From contig CAXXUK010000001.1 of the NCBI GenBank assembly GCA_963665125.2, positions 2,848,001 to 2,912,000 of the forward strand: a stretch of 64,000 nt of DNA. Reading direction: 5' to 3'. The first letter of the stretch is position 1, and the number at the start of each line of letters is the position of its first letter. The notes beneath the pieces were generated by a model, which ran no database searches, was not told where the DNA came from, and was given only the letters and a program-made list of their open reading frames with translations. A program made the position numbers and the translations under genes. This document shows positions 28,548 to 40,011 of the stretch, one piece after another. This DNA is from an uncultured Desulfarculus sp. GTDB lineage: Bacteria > Desulfobacterota > Desulfarculia > Desulfarculales > Desulfarculaceae.

Positions 28548-30254
28548 CTATTTAAACATGTCTAAAAAGATCATAAGCTGCATTGGTTCGCCTTCGAGCT
28601 TGGCGTTTTCCGGCGACAAGGCCTTCTTGGGCTTGATTTTGCCGGCCATGAACGCCTTGAACTGGTTTGAATCCATGGTCAAGCGTACAGCCGGCTTTTC
28701 CGCCCTGGCCTTTTGCACCTCGGCCACGCCCCGGCGGATATGCACCGTGTAGTCTTCCCGGAGGTCCGGGTAGTAGAACCCCACCACCATGTCGGCCTCG
28801 GAGGCCTTTTGGGGGTCGAGCCGCACGGCCAGGGACTCGAAAACCCTGTCGATGGGCACCGACTTGATCACCTCCATGCGTGTCTTTTTCTTGTCCACCG
28901 TTGGGATGACGATTTCGCCCGTTGTTTCCAGGGCCTTGGTCAACAGGTAGTTGCGGGCGTTGGCGTTTACCTTGCCGGCCACAATGCCCTTGATGGCCTT
29001 GGCCTTGAGGGCGCGGGCGTCCTTGTTGTCCGGCTGGAGGAGCAGAACATCGTCGGCAAGCTCCAGGGCCCACTGGCTCTGCCCCTTGTCGTTGGCCGCC
29101 TGGGCCTTGGCGTAGAGTTTGTCCGCCCCGCCGGCCAGTTCGGCCATGCGCTGGGCCTTTTCCTTGGGCGCCAGGGGGAACAGATCCTTGGCCTTGCCCG
29201 AGTACCAGCCCAGGTATCCATTATAGATATTGCGAACCGACCAGGGCACCATGCCGTAATACTCGATGAGGTACGGGTCTTCGGCCAGGTGCTTGGGCAA
29301 CACCAGCTCGGCCGCGATCTCGTCGGCGCTCTTGTCCTGGTTGATGCCCCGGATGGTCTGGTCATGCACGTACTGGATGGCGTCGCGGTAGTTGGTCAGG
29401 TGCTTGTAGATATTGTCCTCGCCCTCCAGAGGCAGGGTGTGGCCCAGCACCAGGTATTCGGGTTTGAGGGCCCTGGCGATGTCGATGCTCTTGACCCATT
29501 TGGTCACGTCGCGGTAACTGGTGCCGCGAATGGTGTAGAGGTTGGGGAAGGCCTTGTAGAAATTGTCGCCGATGAACAGGACCTTCTTTTCGGGCAGCCA
29601 GACATACATCTGGTCGTTGGTCTCGCCCGGCGCGGCGATTAGAACCATCTTGACCCCGGCGATCTCCAATTCCAGACGGTCCTTGACCGTCTTGGTGGGG
29701 CGCAGCACCCCGATGGTCATGCCCTGCTTGTAGCCCAGGTGGGGCCCGATGCCGCTGTTGATGTGGTAGCCCTGAGGCAGCATTGTGCCGAACATGCGGG
29801 CGGCCCGCTTGGCCACCACCGGATTGATCACATTTAGGAAACGGTCCAGATAGTAGCCGGTCAGTTCCTGGGAGATCACCTCGGGATTGCCGCCGGCGGC
29901 AAAGGCCGATGCGCCGAAGACATGATCGGCATGGTTGTGGGTGTAGATTATGGCCTCCACCGGCTGCTTGGATATCTTGTCGAATTCGGCCTTGACCGGC
30001 AGGGCCTCTTCAACGCATTCCATGGTGTCGATGATGATGTTGCCGCCATTGCCCACGATAAGGCCAGAGTTGGCCAAACCGTAGCCCACGGCAACATATA
30101 TGCCGTCGGTGACTTTGATTATCTTTTTGGGAAAATCATTGTTGTGCTGCACCAGGCGCGGATCGGGCGGCACGTCATCGGCCGTCGCGGCCAGCGCACC
30201 GGCAGCGGCCAACATCAATATTGTGAATATGGCTGCTATCCTAAAGAGCTTCAT
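28548..30254 (-). CDS. secreted alkyl/aryl sulfatase (SdsA1-type MBL fold, dimerisation and SCP2 domains)
   Basis: signal peptide, THNHADH, PGETND, FPNLYTIRG, YLGWY, NARNYLLT. Confidence 0.88.
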   Translation of the reverse strand: MKLFRIAAIFTILMLAAAGALAATADDVPPDPRLVQHNNDFPKKIIKVTDGIYVAVGYGLANSGLIVGNGGNIIIDTMECVEEALPVKAEFDKISKQPVEAIIYTHNHADHVFGASAFAAGGNPEVISQELTGYYLDRFLNVINPVVAKRAARMFGTMLPQGYHINSGIGPHLGYKQGMTIGVLRPTKTVKDRLELEIAGVKMVLIAAPGETNDQMYVWLPEKKVLFIGDNFYKAFPNLYTIRGTSYRDVTKWVKSIDIARALKPEYLVLGHTLPLEGEDNIYKHLTNYRDAIQYVHDQTIRGINQDKSADEIAAELVLPKHLAEDPYLIEYYGMVPWSVRNIYNGYLGWYSGKAKDLFPLAPKEKAQRMAELAGGADKLYAKAQAANDKGQSQWALELADDVLLLQPDNKDARALKAKAIKGIVAGKVNANARNYLLTKALETTGEIVIPTVDKKKTRMEVIKSVPIDRVFESLAVRLDPQKASEADMVVGFYYPDLREDYTVHIRRGVAEVQKARAEKPAVRLTMDSNQFKAFMAGKIKPKKALSPENAKLEGEPMQLMIFLDMFK

Positions 30255-30377
30255 TGGTTCCTCCCACCCCCCGGAAATGATCGCCAGAGCCAATTGATCG
30301 TTCCATCAACACAGATTAGAGCATAGATTCTATTATCTATGTCAAGGGGAAATCGCTCCTTTGTGAAGACAGGCGTA

Positions 30378-33110
30378 TTAAGCTAGTATTTCAGCAATGC
30401 TGGAAAGAAGGGCGTCCATCCGGTATGGCTTGGAAAGCGTGGCCGCCGCGCCGATTCGACGCCATTTATCCGAATGGATTTCCAGATAGCCGCTGGCGAC
30501 GATGACCTTGACCCGGCGGTCCAGTAGCAACAATTGCTCCAGACAGGCCTCGCCGCCCATGCCGGGCATGCCCAGATCAAGAACAACCACATCAAAATTG
30601 TGCCTCTGATAAAGCTCAAGCGCCTGTTCGCCGCTGTTTGCGGTCCAGGCGTCATAGCCCCGATTGCTCAGAAAATCGCTGACCATTGCCACCAACTCGG
30701 CCTCGTCGTCGACCACCAGCACTGTGGCGCCTTTGCCCACCGCCACCGGTCCGGAGGCCCCGATATCTTTATCGCAAATCGGCCGCCCGTTCATCGCCGG
30801 CAGCCAGATGGAAAACTCCGTTCCCCGGCCGGCCTGGCTGGAGCAGGTGATCATTCCGCCGTGGTTGGAGACTATCCCGTAGACGCTGGCCAGGCCAAGG
30901 CCGGTGCCCTGGCCGACGTCCTTGGTGGTAAAAAACGGCTCAAAGATGTGTTTTTGGTGCTCGGACTCGATTCCGCATCCGGTGTCGGCCACCGTCAGCC
31001 GGACGTATTTGCCCGGCAAAAAGCCTGGGGTCTCCTCGGCCTGGTTTTCGCCTATTTCTTCGGACCAGGTGGAAATTCGCAGCACACCGCCCTGGGGCAT
31101 GGCGTCCCTGGCATTTGAGGCCAGGTTGACCAGCACCTGTTCCAACTGGATCGAATCGCCGGCTATGTCGGGCAGATCCCGGCCCAGGTCTGTCCGCACA
31201 TCTATCATCGGCGGTATGGTGCGCCTGATCATGGCCGTGCTTTGGCGCAATTCCTGGTTGAGGTCCAACCGCTTTAGGTGAGGCTGCACCTTGCGTCCGA
31301 ACGTCAACAAGCCCCGGACAAGGCCCGCCGCCCGGTCCACCGAGCGCTCTATCTGCTCTATGAATTTCAGGTTGTCCGCCACGTCGCCGCCGCGGTTGCG
31401 TATCATCTCGGCGAAGCCGCTGATGGCCTGGAGGATATTGTTGAAGTCGTGGGCGATGCCGCTGGCCAGGGTGCCCACCGCTTCCATCTTTTGGGAATGC
31501 CTGAGTTGTTCTTCCAGATGCTTGCGGCTGGTAATGTCCTGGAAGACCAGAATCGCGGCAACCGTCTTTCCGTCATCATCCAGGACCGGGGTGCCGGAAC
31601 CCACCAGCCACAACTCGGTGCCGTCGGGCCGGACTATGCGCGCCTCCTCGTTAACAAGGCTTACGCCTTCTTTGAGAATCCTTACGCCGGGGAAATCCGT
31701 CTTATCGTAAAGAACGCCGTCGGGAGAGTAGGCATCGAACTTGTACTGGTATTCGGGAACCGGCATTGCGGTATAGTCTTCCTCAAAGCCGAATATCCGC
31801 CGGGCCTCCTTGTTGACGAAAATCGGCTGGGAGTTTTCGGCGCTGAAAATGATTATGCCGGCCAGGCTCTGCTCGCTGGAGCCCTGCAAAAGGGCTTTGC
31901 TTTGGAGCAGAGCCCGCTGGTCCTTCATCTGTTCGGTGACATCTACATAGGTGGTCAGCCCCAGGCCTTCATCAAGCCAGGTAAAACTGAAATCAACCTC
32001 ATGGAGTTCACCGTTTACGTCGGTGACATTCCAGCGTTGGTGGAGCACCCCGGCCCCCGAGCGGGTACGTTCGGTAACCGCCTCCATCCATGTCTTAATG
32101 ACCTCGCGGCGATATTCATCGTTCGGGTAGGCCAGTTTCCACCAATGTCTGAAATCACGGAGCCTGTCTCTGGTAAAGCCGAAATGACCGCCGAATTCTT
32201 CGTTGAAATAGACGAGATTTACATTGGTGTCGGTGATGGCCATGGGCACGTGGGAGCGTTCCACCACCCGGCTGAATTTGACTTCACTGTTTAATAGTTT
32301 TTCTTTTGTCGCGCGGTTTTTCTCGATCAGCCGCGCGGCACCCAGCGCACCGGCAAGGCAGGTTATGGCAAACAGGGCTCGGGCAGCCATTTCCTGGCCG
32401 TAAATGTCAGAGATCAGGATTTGGTAAAAATTGCGGCCGTGAGAAGCGCCCAACATCGCGAATGCCGAGCTTAAAACCCAAAATATGGCCGCGAAGCCCA
32501 GGGCAAAGACCAGGATCGGCCCGAAGGCAACAGTCCGTTTTTCGGCCAAACCCATCAGCCGGGATATGGCCCTCAGGCGCAACAGTGCGTCGCTGAGCAG
32601 CAACACGACATACGCGTTGATGGTTTCCGTTAGGCATATAAGGCCCAATGCGTTCAACGAGATCGCCGTCTGGTCCGTGCCGCCCCACGGCGCGGGGTTG
32701 AATCCCAGCAGCAAGGGGAATATCACGCAGATCACCAGAACGTTGACCATGCGAAAAGGTATTTCCCCCCAGTACGCGGACAGGCGCCACCGGCCTTTTC
32801 GCCTCCCCTCGGCCCACCAGCCGTGCCATGCCACCCATAGGGTGAACATGGGTACCGAGGCCAGCATCCCCCAACCGGAAATCCAAATGAACCACATGGA
32901 CTGGCAACCAAGACCCAGGGTTGCCGAAAGCAGGCCGTAACGCCATCCCCAGGCCTGGGACACCATCATGGGCAGTGTCAGGCCTAAAAGAAATGATGCT
33001 CGAATCGGCACAAGGTCAAACTCAAGGGGAAAGAAGTTGACCACGAAACCGACCAGACCAAAAATTATTGAAATAAAAATTTTACGGCTCGTGCTTATGG
33101 CAGCCTCCAA
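30378..33110 (-). CDS. membrane hybrid sensor histidine kinase (PAS-PAS-HisKA-HATPase-REC)
   Basis: [34 protein letters not shown]; receiver VVDDE/LDLGMP/KP. Confidence 0.93.
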   Translation of the reverse strand: MEAAISTSRKIFISIIFGLVGFVVNFFPLEFDLVPIRASFLLGLTLPMMVSQAWGWRYGLLSATLGLGCQSMWFIWISGWGMLASVPMFTLWVAWHGWWAEGRRKGRWRLSAYWGEIPFRMVNVLVICVIFPLLLGFNPAPWGGTDQTAISLNALGLICLTETINAYVVLLLSDALLRLRAISRLMGLAEKRTVAFGPILVFALGFAAIFWVLSSAFAMLGASHGRNFYQILISDIYGQEMAARALFAITCLAGALGAARLIEKNRATKEKLLNSEVKFSRVVERSHVPMAITDTNVNLVYFNEEFGGHFGFTRDRLRDFRHWWKLAYPNDEYRREVIKTWMEAVTERTRSGAGVLHQRWNVTDVNGELHEVDFSFTWLDEGLGLTTYVDVTEQMKDQRALLQSKALLQGSSEQSLAGIIIFSAENSQPIFVNKEARRIFGFEEDYTAMPVPEYQYKFDAYSPDGVLYDKTDFPGVRILKEGVSLVNEEARIVRPDGTELWLVGSGTPVLDDDGKTVAAILVFQDITSRKHLEEQLRHSQKMEAVGTLASGIAHDFNNILQAISGFAEMIRNRGGDVADNLKFIEQIERSVDRAAGLVRGLLTFGRKVQPHLKRLDLNQELRQSTAMIRRTIPPMIDVRTDLGRDLPDIAGDSIQLEQVLVNLASNARDAMPQGGVLRISTWSEEIGENQAEETPGFLPGKYVRLTVADTGCGIESEHQKHIFEPFFTTKDVGQGTGLGLASVYGIVSNHGGMITCSSQAGRGTEFSIWLPAMNGRPICDKDIGASGPVAVGKGATVLVVDDEAELVAMVSDFLSNRGYDAWTANSGEQALELYQRHNFDVVVLDLGMPGMGGEACLEQLLLLDRRVKVIVASGYLEIHSDKWRRIGAAATLSKPYRMDALLSSIAEILA

Positions 33111-33723
33111 GCTTTACCAAGCAAGTCTATTAAGATAAAAGCCAAGATGTGAGAGGAATTTGGAACATGTTGTTCCAATTCCAATTGCCTGTTCAGATAT
33201 TATTAATTGGCCCCAAGCCATGTCAACGGTCATTAAAACAGCCCATACCCAGCCGTTTTCAATGTTTACTCGTTTTTTTCATTGGTATTAGCTATTTGAC
33301 TATAGCCGGCAAAGAATCAACCATTTAAACGAGTGGAATGAAGGGAAAAATCGCCTTGGCATGCCTTCTTCCGCGACAATAGTTTGGACCGGGGCGGCAT
33401 TGTACATAAATCATCGGATACTGGCCCTTCCGGCTACAGATGGCAAGGGGCGCAGGTACACCCCACTATTCCTATCTGTTTAATATTGCATCGACAATTT
33501 CTATCAAGCCATAATCACCCATCGCAATTAGCTATTTGATTGCCCGACCGAAGGGGAATATAGATAGTGAAATGCGTAATTTGTCGGGCAGTGTCAGAAA
33601 ACAACCTGAATCCCTGTCCAACACATTGATATTTATTTACATTTTCAGGACGGACACCGGCGGATCGCGCGCCGCCCCACCGTGTATTGGCCTGATTAAC
33701 ACGCGCGCCCCAAGGAGGTCTCC

Positions 33724-35064
33724 ATGGCCGACGCCGCCAAGCTGACCAAGCTTCCCGCGGAAGTAGAAGAAAAGCTTAAGGCTTTTAACCTCAGCTACTG
33801 CCTGACCTGTGGCACCTGCAGTGCGGGATGCCCCATTACCGGCACCCCCGGAATGGAAGGTTGGGATACCCGCCGTGTGCTGCGCATGCTGGTATACGGC
33901 ATGGTCGACGAAGTTGTCGACAGCAAATTCCCCTGGCTCTGCACCGGTTGCGGCCGTTGCGCCGGAGCCTGCCCCATGGATATCGACATTCCGTACATCA
34001 TGGGCTTCATGAAGCACCTGCGCGACCGCGACAAGGTGCCCGGCATCCTTCACAAGGGCTGTCAGAACAACATCGACACCGGCAACAACATGGCCATCCC
34101 CCAGGAGGACTACCTGTTCAACATGGCCGACATGGGCAAGGAACTGGCCGAGGACGAACTGCCCGGCTTCTACGTACCCGTTGACCGCCAGGATGCCTCG
34201 ATTTTGTTCTTCCCCAACTCCAAGGAAGTCTACGGCGACTACGAAGACATGATCTGGTGGTGGAAGATTTTCTATGCCGCCCGCGAAAAGTGGACCATTC
34301 CCAGCGAGAACTGGGAAGCCGTCGACTGGGGCCTGTTCACCGGCAACTATGACGCCACCAAACTGTTCGCCCAGCGCAAAATCGACATGATGAAGAAGTT
34401 CAACATCGAACGGATGATCATGCCCGACTGCGGCGGCGGCTCCTACGGCTGCCGTGTCGGATTGAAGAACTGCGCCCTGGAAGACCCCGAGAACAAGATC
34501 AACAGCATCTACCTGTTCGAATACCTCAAGGAGATCATCGAGCAGGGCCGCATCAAGCTCGACAAGAGCGTCCATGCAGGCAAGGTCTTCACCTGGCACG
34601 ATTCCTGTAAACACGGCCGTGAGCTTGAGCGCCACTTTGGCTACGGTTATTTTGACGAGCCCCGCTGGATCATCGAACAGTGCGTCGATGAGTTCGTGGA
34701 CATGCAGCCCACCCGCAAAAACAACTACTGCTGCGGCGCGGGCGGCGGCATGTGGCCGGCTCCTTATGAAGAGGAAAGCGCCTGGCACGGCCGCAAGAAG
34801 TACGAGCAGATCAAAAACTCCGGCGCCAACGTGGTCGTCGTGGCCTGCTCCAACTGCCACGACCAGATCATGAAGCGGCTGCCCAAGTTCTACACAGACT
34901 ACAAGTACGAAGTTAAGTACATCTGGGAACTGGTGGCCGACGCCCTGGTCATCGATCCCTACACCGAGGAAGAGATCGCCCAGTGTGAGGCCGAAGCCGC
35001 GGCCCAGTGGGAACGTTTCGGCATCGAGTTGGATGACGACGACGATTGGACCCCGCCCGAATAA
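33724..35064 (+). CDS. HdrC/HdrD-like Fe-S oxidoreductase (2x 4Fe-4S plus CCG domains)
   Basis: CxxCxxCxxxCP twice, HDSC, CCGAGGG, ACSNC; AAGGAGG SD. Confidence 0.88.
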   Translation: MADAAKLTKLPAEVEEKLKAFNLSYCLTCGTCSAGCPITGTPGMEGWDTRRVLRMLVYGMVDEVVDSKFPWLCTGCGRCAGACPMDIDIPYIMGFMKHLRDRDKVPGILHKGCQNNIDTGNNMAIPQEDYLFNMADMGKELAEDELPGFYVPVDRQDASILFFPNSKEVYGDYEDMIWWWKIFYAAREKWTIPSENWEAVDWGLFTGNYDATKLFAQRKIDMMKKFNIERMIMPDCGGGSYGCRVGLKNCALEDPENKINSIYLFEYLKEIIEQGRIKLDKSVHAGKVFTWHDSCKHGRELERHFGYGYFDEPRWIIEQCVDEFVDMQPTRKNNYCCGAGGGMWPAPYEEESAWHGRKKYEQIKNSGANVVVVACSNCHDQIMKRLPKFYTDYKYEVKYIWELVADALVIDPYTEEEIAQCEAEAAAQWERFGIELDDDDDWTPPE

Positions 35065-35091
35065 TCGGTCATCGGCAGCAAAGCTGCATCA

Positions 35092-35126
35092 GCGGGAGGC
35101 CTTCTTTCGGGCCTCCCGTTTTTTTG
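35092..35126 (+). terminator. rho-independent terminator
   Basis: GCGGGAGGCC-TTCTTTCG-GGCCTCCCGT followed by a T-tract. Confidence 0.85.
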
Positions 35127-35382
35127 CTATGGCGTATTTTCATTACCTTTGCCGGGCCAAGCCATGCCCGGCAACCCGGCAACATCACGGGTGTTGCACG
35201 AACATCGCGAATTGACAGGCCGCTTATATCCTATCGGACGGTCTGTTTTTTAACAGCCCGCTAGCGGCTGGGGAGCCGATGTGGTAATAAATTCTAGTTT
35301 GGTCCGCTTAGGCGGACGGTATTGCTTTTATCCACGATTCCGGGTGGCGCCTGTTGCTTTTCGCCTGGCCAAAGAATCATAA

Positions 35383-37212
35383 ATGAATCTTGAGATCCGA
35401 TTCACACCGGCTTCAGTTGCCGTACTGACAGCGCTGCTTCTGGCCGCCCTGATCGTCGGTTTGACGGCCTTGGGGCCCAACAACCGCGCCGTAAGCCTCA
35501 ACGGCGCAGTGCTGTACCATAACGGCCAAGAGATTCTCAAACCTGACCAAGAAGTGGGCATAGTCATCAACGGCCTGGCCAAGCTGGCAGCACCGGCCGC
35601 CCTGGACATCTGGGCCAATGGCGCGGCCGGCCTGCGCCTGATGCCCGGCTCGGCCCAGCCGGAAGACGTAACCCCGGAACGCGTGCGCTGGTTTTTCACA
35701 GGGCCGGTTCCCGACCGCCTGGGCCTGGTCAACTATGGCGAGAGCGTAATAAAGCCCACCAGAATCAGGGCCCGCAACTATCTGGCCCGCAACACCGGCA
35801 CGCCCCGTTTCGCCGTATTGATACCCGGTTCCGAGCACATGGGCACTCAATGGGCCCCCTGGCGCAGGCCGCTGCTTATCGCCGCGGCAATGCTGGCGCT
35901 GTTTATCGGCGCCGTTCCCTGGCTGCGCCGGGGCGGCGGGTTTTCCGACCCGCGGTTTTGGGCCCTTATCACGCTGCCCGCCCTTGGCCTTGCTGGCACG
36001 GCGATAATCGCCTTGGTCGGATACAGACTGCTGTTGGCTTTCGACACCTATCTGCTGGTTTTCGGCCTGGGGCCGCTGCTGATCCTTGTCTGCGGCTTGG
36101 GCATCGTGGCCCGCTGGCTGGAGCGCCGGATCGCGGCTCTGGTTGGAATTATCACCCGTTCCAGGGTCTGGATCGCCCTGCGAGACATGAGCCTGCCTGG
36201 CTATATCATGCTGCCCCTGGTGGCGGTCATAATTTTCGTTCCGGCCATGCTCATGCCCAGTCCGCCGCTGAAGGTCCCCTTTGACAGCGACTGGCTTCAG
36301 GAACTCAACAAAAACAAGCCATATGTGGTGGCCATCGGCAACTCCATGATCGGCTCGCGCATCGACGTCAAGCGATTGTCCGAGCTTGTGGGTCATCCGG
36401 TGGACATGAAGTGGTCGCCCGGCTCGGGGCCGAGGCTTTGGTATCTGCTGTTCAAGAACTATGTCTGCCAGGCCGAGACCAAGCCCAAATACGTTTTGCT
36501 GATGTATGCCGACTTCGAGTTTCCCTGGCCCCGCCAGGGCTGGCTTAACGAATGGGACATCCGGGAGGTGGAACGCCTGACCCCGGACAAATATCAGGAA
36601 TACGACCCGGTCTTCAAAGAGCTGTGTCTGGCGGACCCGACCTTCCGTCAACAGTTGCAGCTTTTCATCCGTCGCTGTTTCAATGTGAGCAACTATGCCT
36701 TCCCGGCCAAGCAATGGCTCGACACCCAAGTGATGAACCTCACCGATCCGCCCCTTTGGGTCAAGCAGACCGAGCCAAGCTGGCAGACGCCTTTTTGGAA
36801 AAACTTTGTCAACAAGCGGTTTGAATTGGACCACTTGCGGCCCGGCGTGTTCGTGCCCCGCCAAAAGCAGCTTTTCAAGAATTTCTATAAGACCCAAAGG
36901 GCCATAGACAAGTCGTTCCTGCCCCACTTTATCCAGCTGGCCAAGGATAACGGCATTGAGTTGATCATCTTGCGCATGCAACATCGCATCTTCAACAGCG
37001 CCCACAACGGCCAGGAGCCCGAGGACATGCGCATGGTGGTAGAGGCCCAGAAAAAATACTTCGACGAGCAGGGCATCAAACATTACGACTTCAAGGGCGA
37101 CCCGGAAATCACCGAGGAACTCTATGGCGCCGGCGACCACATCGGCTTCGACCACCGCCGCACCCGCTGGACCGAGATCATGTTCAAACGCATGGGCGAT
37201 ATGTTCAAATGA
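35383..37212 (+). CDS. membrane-anchored protein with SGNH/DltD-like periplasmic domain
   Basis: several TM segments, then VAIGNSM (block I) and C-terminal GDH; coupled to the MBOAT gene. Confidence 0.6.
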   Translation: MNLEIRFTPASVAVLTALLLAALIVGLTALGPNNRAVSLNGAVLYHNGQEILKPDQEVGIVINGLAKLAAPAALDIWANGAAGLRLMPGSAQPEDVTPERVRWFFTGPVPDRLGLVNYGESVIKPTRIRARNYLARNTGTPRFAVLIPGSEHMGTQWAPWRRPLLIAAAMLALFIGAVPWLRRGGGFSDPRFWALITLPALGLAGTAIIALVGYRLLLAFDTYLLVFGLGPLLILVCGLGIVARWLERRIAALVGIITRSRVWIALRDMSLPGYIMLPLVAVIIFVPAMLMPSPPLKVPFDSDWLQELNKNKPYVVAIGNSMIGSRIDVKRLSELVGHPVDMKWSPGSGPRLWYLLFKNYVCQAETKPKYVLLMYADFEFPWPRQGWLNEWDIREVERLTPDKYQEYDPVFKELCLADPTFRQQLQLFIRRCFNVSNYAFPAKQWLDTQVMNLTDPPLWVKQTEPSWQTPFWKNFVNKRFELDHLRPGVFVPRQKQLFKNFYKTQRAIDKSFLPHFIQLAKDNGIELIILRMQHRIFNSAHNGQEPEDMRMVVEAQKKYFDEQGIKHYDFKGDPEITEELYGAGDHIGFDHRRTRWTEIMFKRMGDMFK

Positions 37213-38645
37213 CCTTTAACAGCCTGGATTACATAGCCTTTCTGGCGGTGGTGCTGCTCACCTACTGGTTTTTGCCCAAACGGGGCCAAAACATCTTCCT
37301 GCTTGCGGCCAGCTATTTCTTTTACGGCTACGTGCACCAGTGGTTCCTGGCCTTGATCCTGGGGGCCACGGCTATCAACTACATCGCCGCCCTGGGCATC
37401 CGGCGTTTTCCGGACAAGGCCAAGACAATCCTGGTCGGCGCTTTGGTGCTTAGCCTGGGCATCCTGGGTATCTACAAATACCTGGATTTCTTTGTCGGCA
37501 ACGTCATCGCCCTGTTGAACCTGGCCGGTTTCAAGACCATGGAAACCACCATGCGGGTCTTTTTGCCGGTGGGCATCAGTTTTTACACCTTCCAGGTCAT
37601 CGGCTACACCATCGACGTGTACCGGGGCAATTTGGAGCCGCGGACCAATTTCCTGGACTTCGCCCTGTTCGTCTCGTTTTTTCCCCAGCTCGTGGCCGGT
37701 CCCATTGAGCGGGCCGGCAATCTGCTGCCCCAGATAGAGAACAAACGCACCCTGACTACCGACCGCCTTTACAACGGCCTGATCCTGATGGTCTGGGGCT
37801 TTTTTAAAAAAATGGTGGTGGCCGACAATGTCGCGCCGGTGGCCGATAAGGTTTTTTCCCTCAACGATCCGTCGTTTTATCTGCTGTGGGTGGGCGCCTT
37901 TGCCTTTTCCGTCCAGATATTGGCCGACTTCAGCGCCTACACCGACATCGCCAGGGGCACGGCCCGCATGTTGGGCTTCGACCTGGTCAAAAACTTCGAC
38001 AACCCTTATTTCTCCAGGTCAATTGGCGACTTCTGGCGGCGCTGGCACATGTCGCTGTCGTATTGGTTCCGGGACTACATCTACATCCCCCTGGGCGGCA
38101 ACCGTCAGGGCCCCTGGCGCGGGGCCTTCAACATCTTCCTGACGTTCCTGCTTTCGGGCCTGTGGCACGGCGCGGCCTGGAACTTCGTGCTATGGGGCGG
38201 ATATCACGGCTTTTGGGTACTGGCCGAGCGACTGTACAAGCACTATGTCCCGGCCCTGCCCCAGCGCATCGGCAAGCTGCTATTGCCGCTGAAGGTGGCG
38301 GCCACCTTCGTTCTGATCGTCTTCGGCTGGATGCTGTTCCGCGAGTCCAACGGCCTGCACTGGATCATCACCCATCTCAGTCTGCGGCCCGGCGCCTCGC
38401 CTGTCGAGGACATAGAGATCGCCCAGTTTCTGTTGCTTTTATGCTTTGTCTACTCGCTGCCCATGTGGATCAAGGCCTTTTTCGCCTGGGTGGAGGACAA
38501 GATGTGCTCGGGCTATGCCAATGACAACGGCACCTTGCCCCAACCCGCGGTGTTGCTGCGGGCCTGCATGGCTTCGCTTTGCTTCATGGGCATTTTGATT
38601 TTCCGGGGCACTGAAAGCGCGACGTTCATCTACTTCCAGTTTTAA
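37209..38645 (+). CDS. MBOAT O-acyltransferase (AlgI/PatA/DltB-like)
   Basis: LPVGISFYTFQ, FFPQLVAGPIER, FWRRWHMSLS, SGLWHGA, FIYFQF. Confidence 0.93.
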   Translation: MTFNSLDYIAFLAVVLLTYWFLPKRGQNIFLLAASYFFYGYVHQWFLALILGATAINYIAALGIRRFPDKAKTILVGALVLSLGILGIYKYLDFFVGNVIALLNLAGFKTMETTMRVFLPVGISFYTFQVIGYTIDVYRGNLEPRTNFLDFALFVSFFPQLVAGPIERAGNLLPQIENKRTLTTDRLYNGLILMVWGFFKKMVVADNVAPVADKVFSLNDPSFYLLWVGAFAFSVQILADFSAYTDIARGTARMLGFDLVKNFDNPYFSRSIGDFWRRWHMSLSYWFRDYIYIPLGGNRQGPWRGAFNIFLTFLLSGLWHGAAWNFVLWGGYHGFWVLAERLYKHYVPALPQRIGKLLLPLKVAATFVLIVFGWMLFRESNGLHWIITHLSLRPGASPVEDIEIAQFLLLLCFVYSLPMWIKAFFAWVEDKMCSGYANDNGTLPQPAVLLRACMASLCFMGILIFRGTESATFIYFQF

Positions 38646-39949
38646 TCGGTATTGCGGCGTCCCACGAATGACTCGGCGTCAAAGTCGGCGCAGAGGATCA
38701 TTCGCCGACCATCGGCCGTGTCAAACCACAGCGACAGGGTGACGCACTGGTTGCCCGAGGCCAGGGATATGTACGGACTGGAGGCATAGCGCTTCAGGCC
38801 TGCCTTGAGCATCAGATAATAACGCTTCAGGGACATGTCCGCGCCTTTGGGGGCGGGGCGGTATAGGACCTGCCCCCGGTAGGATATCTTGTTGGGCGCG
38901 CAAACAGTCTCGCTGATCTGGCGGCCGTCGTTGTCCAGCACATATACGCACTCCAACCTTGGCTGCTGCTCGATCATTCTCATGAGCATACTGCCAAGGT
39001 TGTTAATGTCGGCCTGGTTTACCTGCTCCCGCAACCAGGAAAAAATCCCTTCCAAATGCTGGCCCCACTGCTCGTTCCGGGCCGCATTGGCCAGGGCCTG
39101 ATCAACCATTTTCTCGCCCAAGGCGTTTATCTCGGCAACGCACCAGCCGGTGGCGGCCCCGCCGTCGGGCCGGGGCATGCCCAGCAAATATCCCTGCAAC
39201 AGGTCGGCACCCAGGTCCAGGGCGGTCAACGCCTCCTCCTGGGTTTCGACACCCTCGGCCAACACCAGGGAACCAATATGATGCCCCAATCCGGCCAGGG
39301 CCCTGATGATTTCCTGCTTGTAAAAATGACGTTCCACGCCGCTGATCAGCGACCGGTCTATCTTGATGACATCGGGCTGCAAAAGGGCGATTCGCTCCAG
39401 GTTGGAGTGGCCCGCGCCCACATCGTCAAGGGCCAAGGAAAATCCGTGTTTGCGGTAAAAGGCCACGAAAGCGGCCAGGGCCTCGGTGTCGGTGACCTTG
39501 GATTCCACCAGTTCAATGACGATGGTCGCCGGATCCAGGTTGTATTCATCAACCATGTTCAGGATGTTGCCCGAACCGGCCACCCCCAAGTCCAACAGGG
39601 ATGTCTCGAAGTTGATGGTCAGCATGGCTTCGGGCAACTTGCACGAAACAGCGGCAAAACCCATCAAGGCCTTGCGCCGGCAAAGCCTGTCCAACTCCAC
39701 CAGCAGGCCGTACCTTGAGGCCGCATCAAACAAGACCGGCGGTGGAATAGGCTCGCCCGTGGCCGGATGCCGGGCCCGGCAAAGCGACTCAAAACCGATT
39801 ATGCTGCGGGAGGTCATCCCCACGATGGGCTGATAATGGCTGACGGCAAGTTCATTCTCGATGATGGCCGCAACATCTTGACGACTTAATTCGCCGGGCC
39901 GGCTGGACCGGTCATTAAACACCTTTTTGGGTTGCGGCTGCTTGAGCAA
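38642..39949 (-). CDS. EAL-domain c-di-GMP phosphodiesterase-like protein with YkuI-type C-terminal domain
   Basis: YQPI, ESLCR (EAL variant), ALDDVGAG, IKID, AEGVET, QGY; C-terminal SPYISL. Confidence 0.88.
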   Translation of the reverse strand: MLKQPQPKKVFNDRSSRPGELSRQDVAAIIENELAVSHYQPIVGMTSRSIIGFESLCRARHPATGEPIPPPVLFDAASRYGLLVELDRLCRRKALMGFAAVSCKLPEAMLTINFETSLLDLGVAGSGNILNMVDEYNLDPATIVIELVESKVTDTEALAAFVAFYRKHGFSLALDDVGAGHSNLERIALLQPDVIKIDRSLISGVERHFYKQEIIRALAGLGHHIGSLVLAEGVETQEEALTALDLGADLLQGYLLGMPRPDGGAATGWCVAEINALGEKMVDQALANAARNEQWGQHLEGIFSWLREQVNQADINNLGSMLMRMIEQQPRLECVYVLDNDGRQISETVCAPNKISYRGQVLYRPAPKGADMSLKRYYLMLKAGLKRYASSPYISLASGNQCVTLSLWFDTADGRRMILCADFDAESFVGRRNTD

Positions 39950-39994
39950 GTTGGTTCTCCATGGGGTTTCGGCGGTGTAGCCGAGTGGATACGC

Positions 39995-40011
39995 AGCAAA
40001 AAAGAGGCCAA
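39995..40011 (-). promoter_or_regulatory. probable sigma54 promoter of the EAL gene
   Basis: TTGGCCTCTTTTTTGCT with GG-N10-GC spacing. Confidence 0.6.

Noticed and set aside
33111..33723. long intergenic region, possible c-di-GMP riboswitch (GGCAAA near 33308)
   Set aside because: could not build the required GNRA/receptor hairpin pair; needs an Rfam scan
35280..35330. ops/JUMPstart-like element before the acylation genes
   Set aside because: lacks the GGCGGTAG core; only a short hairpin GTCCGC-TTAG-GCGGAC
35413..37155. long antisense ORFs (also 43282-44694, 40956-42215, 33637-34860, 59938-61143)
   Set aside because: expected shadows of GC3-rich genes; no motifs or SDs
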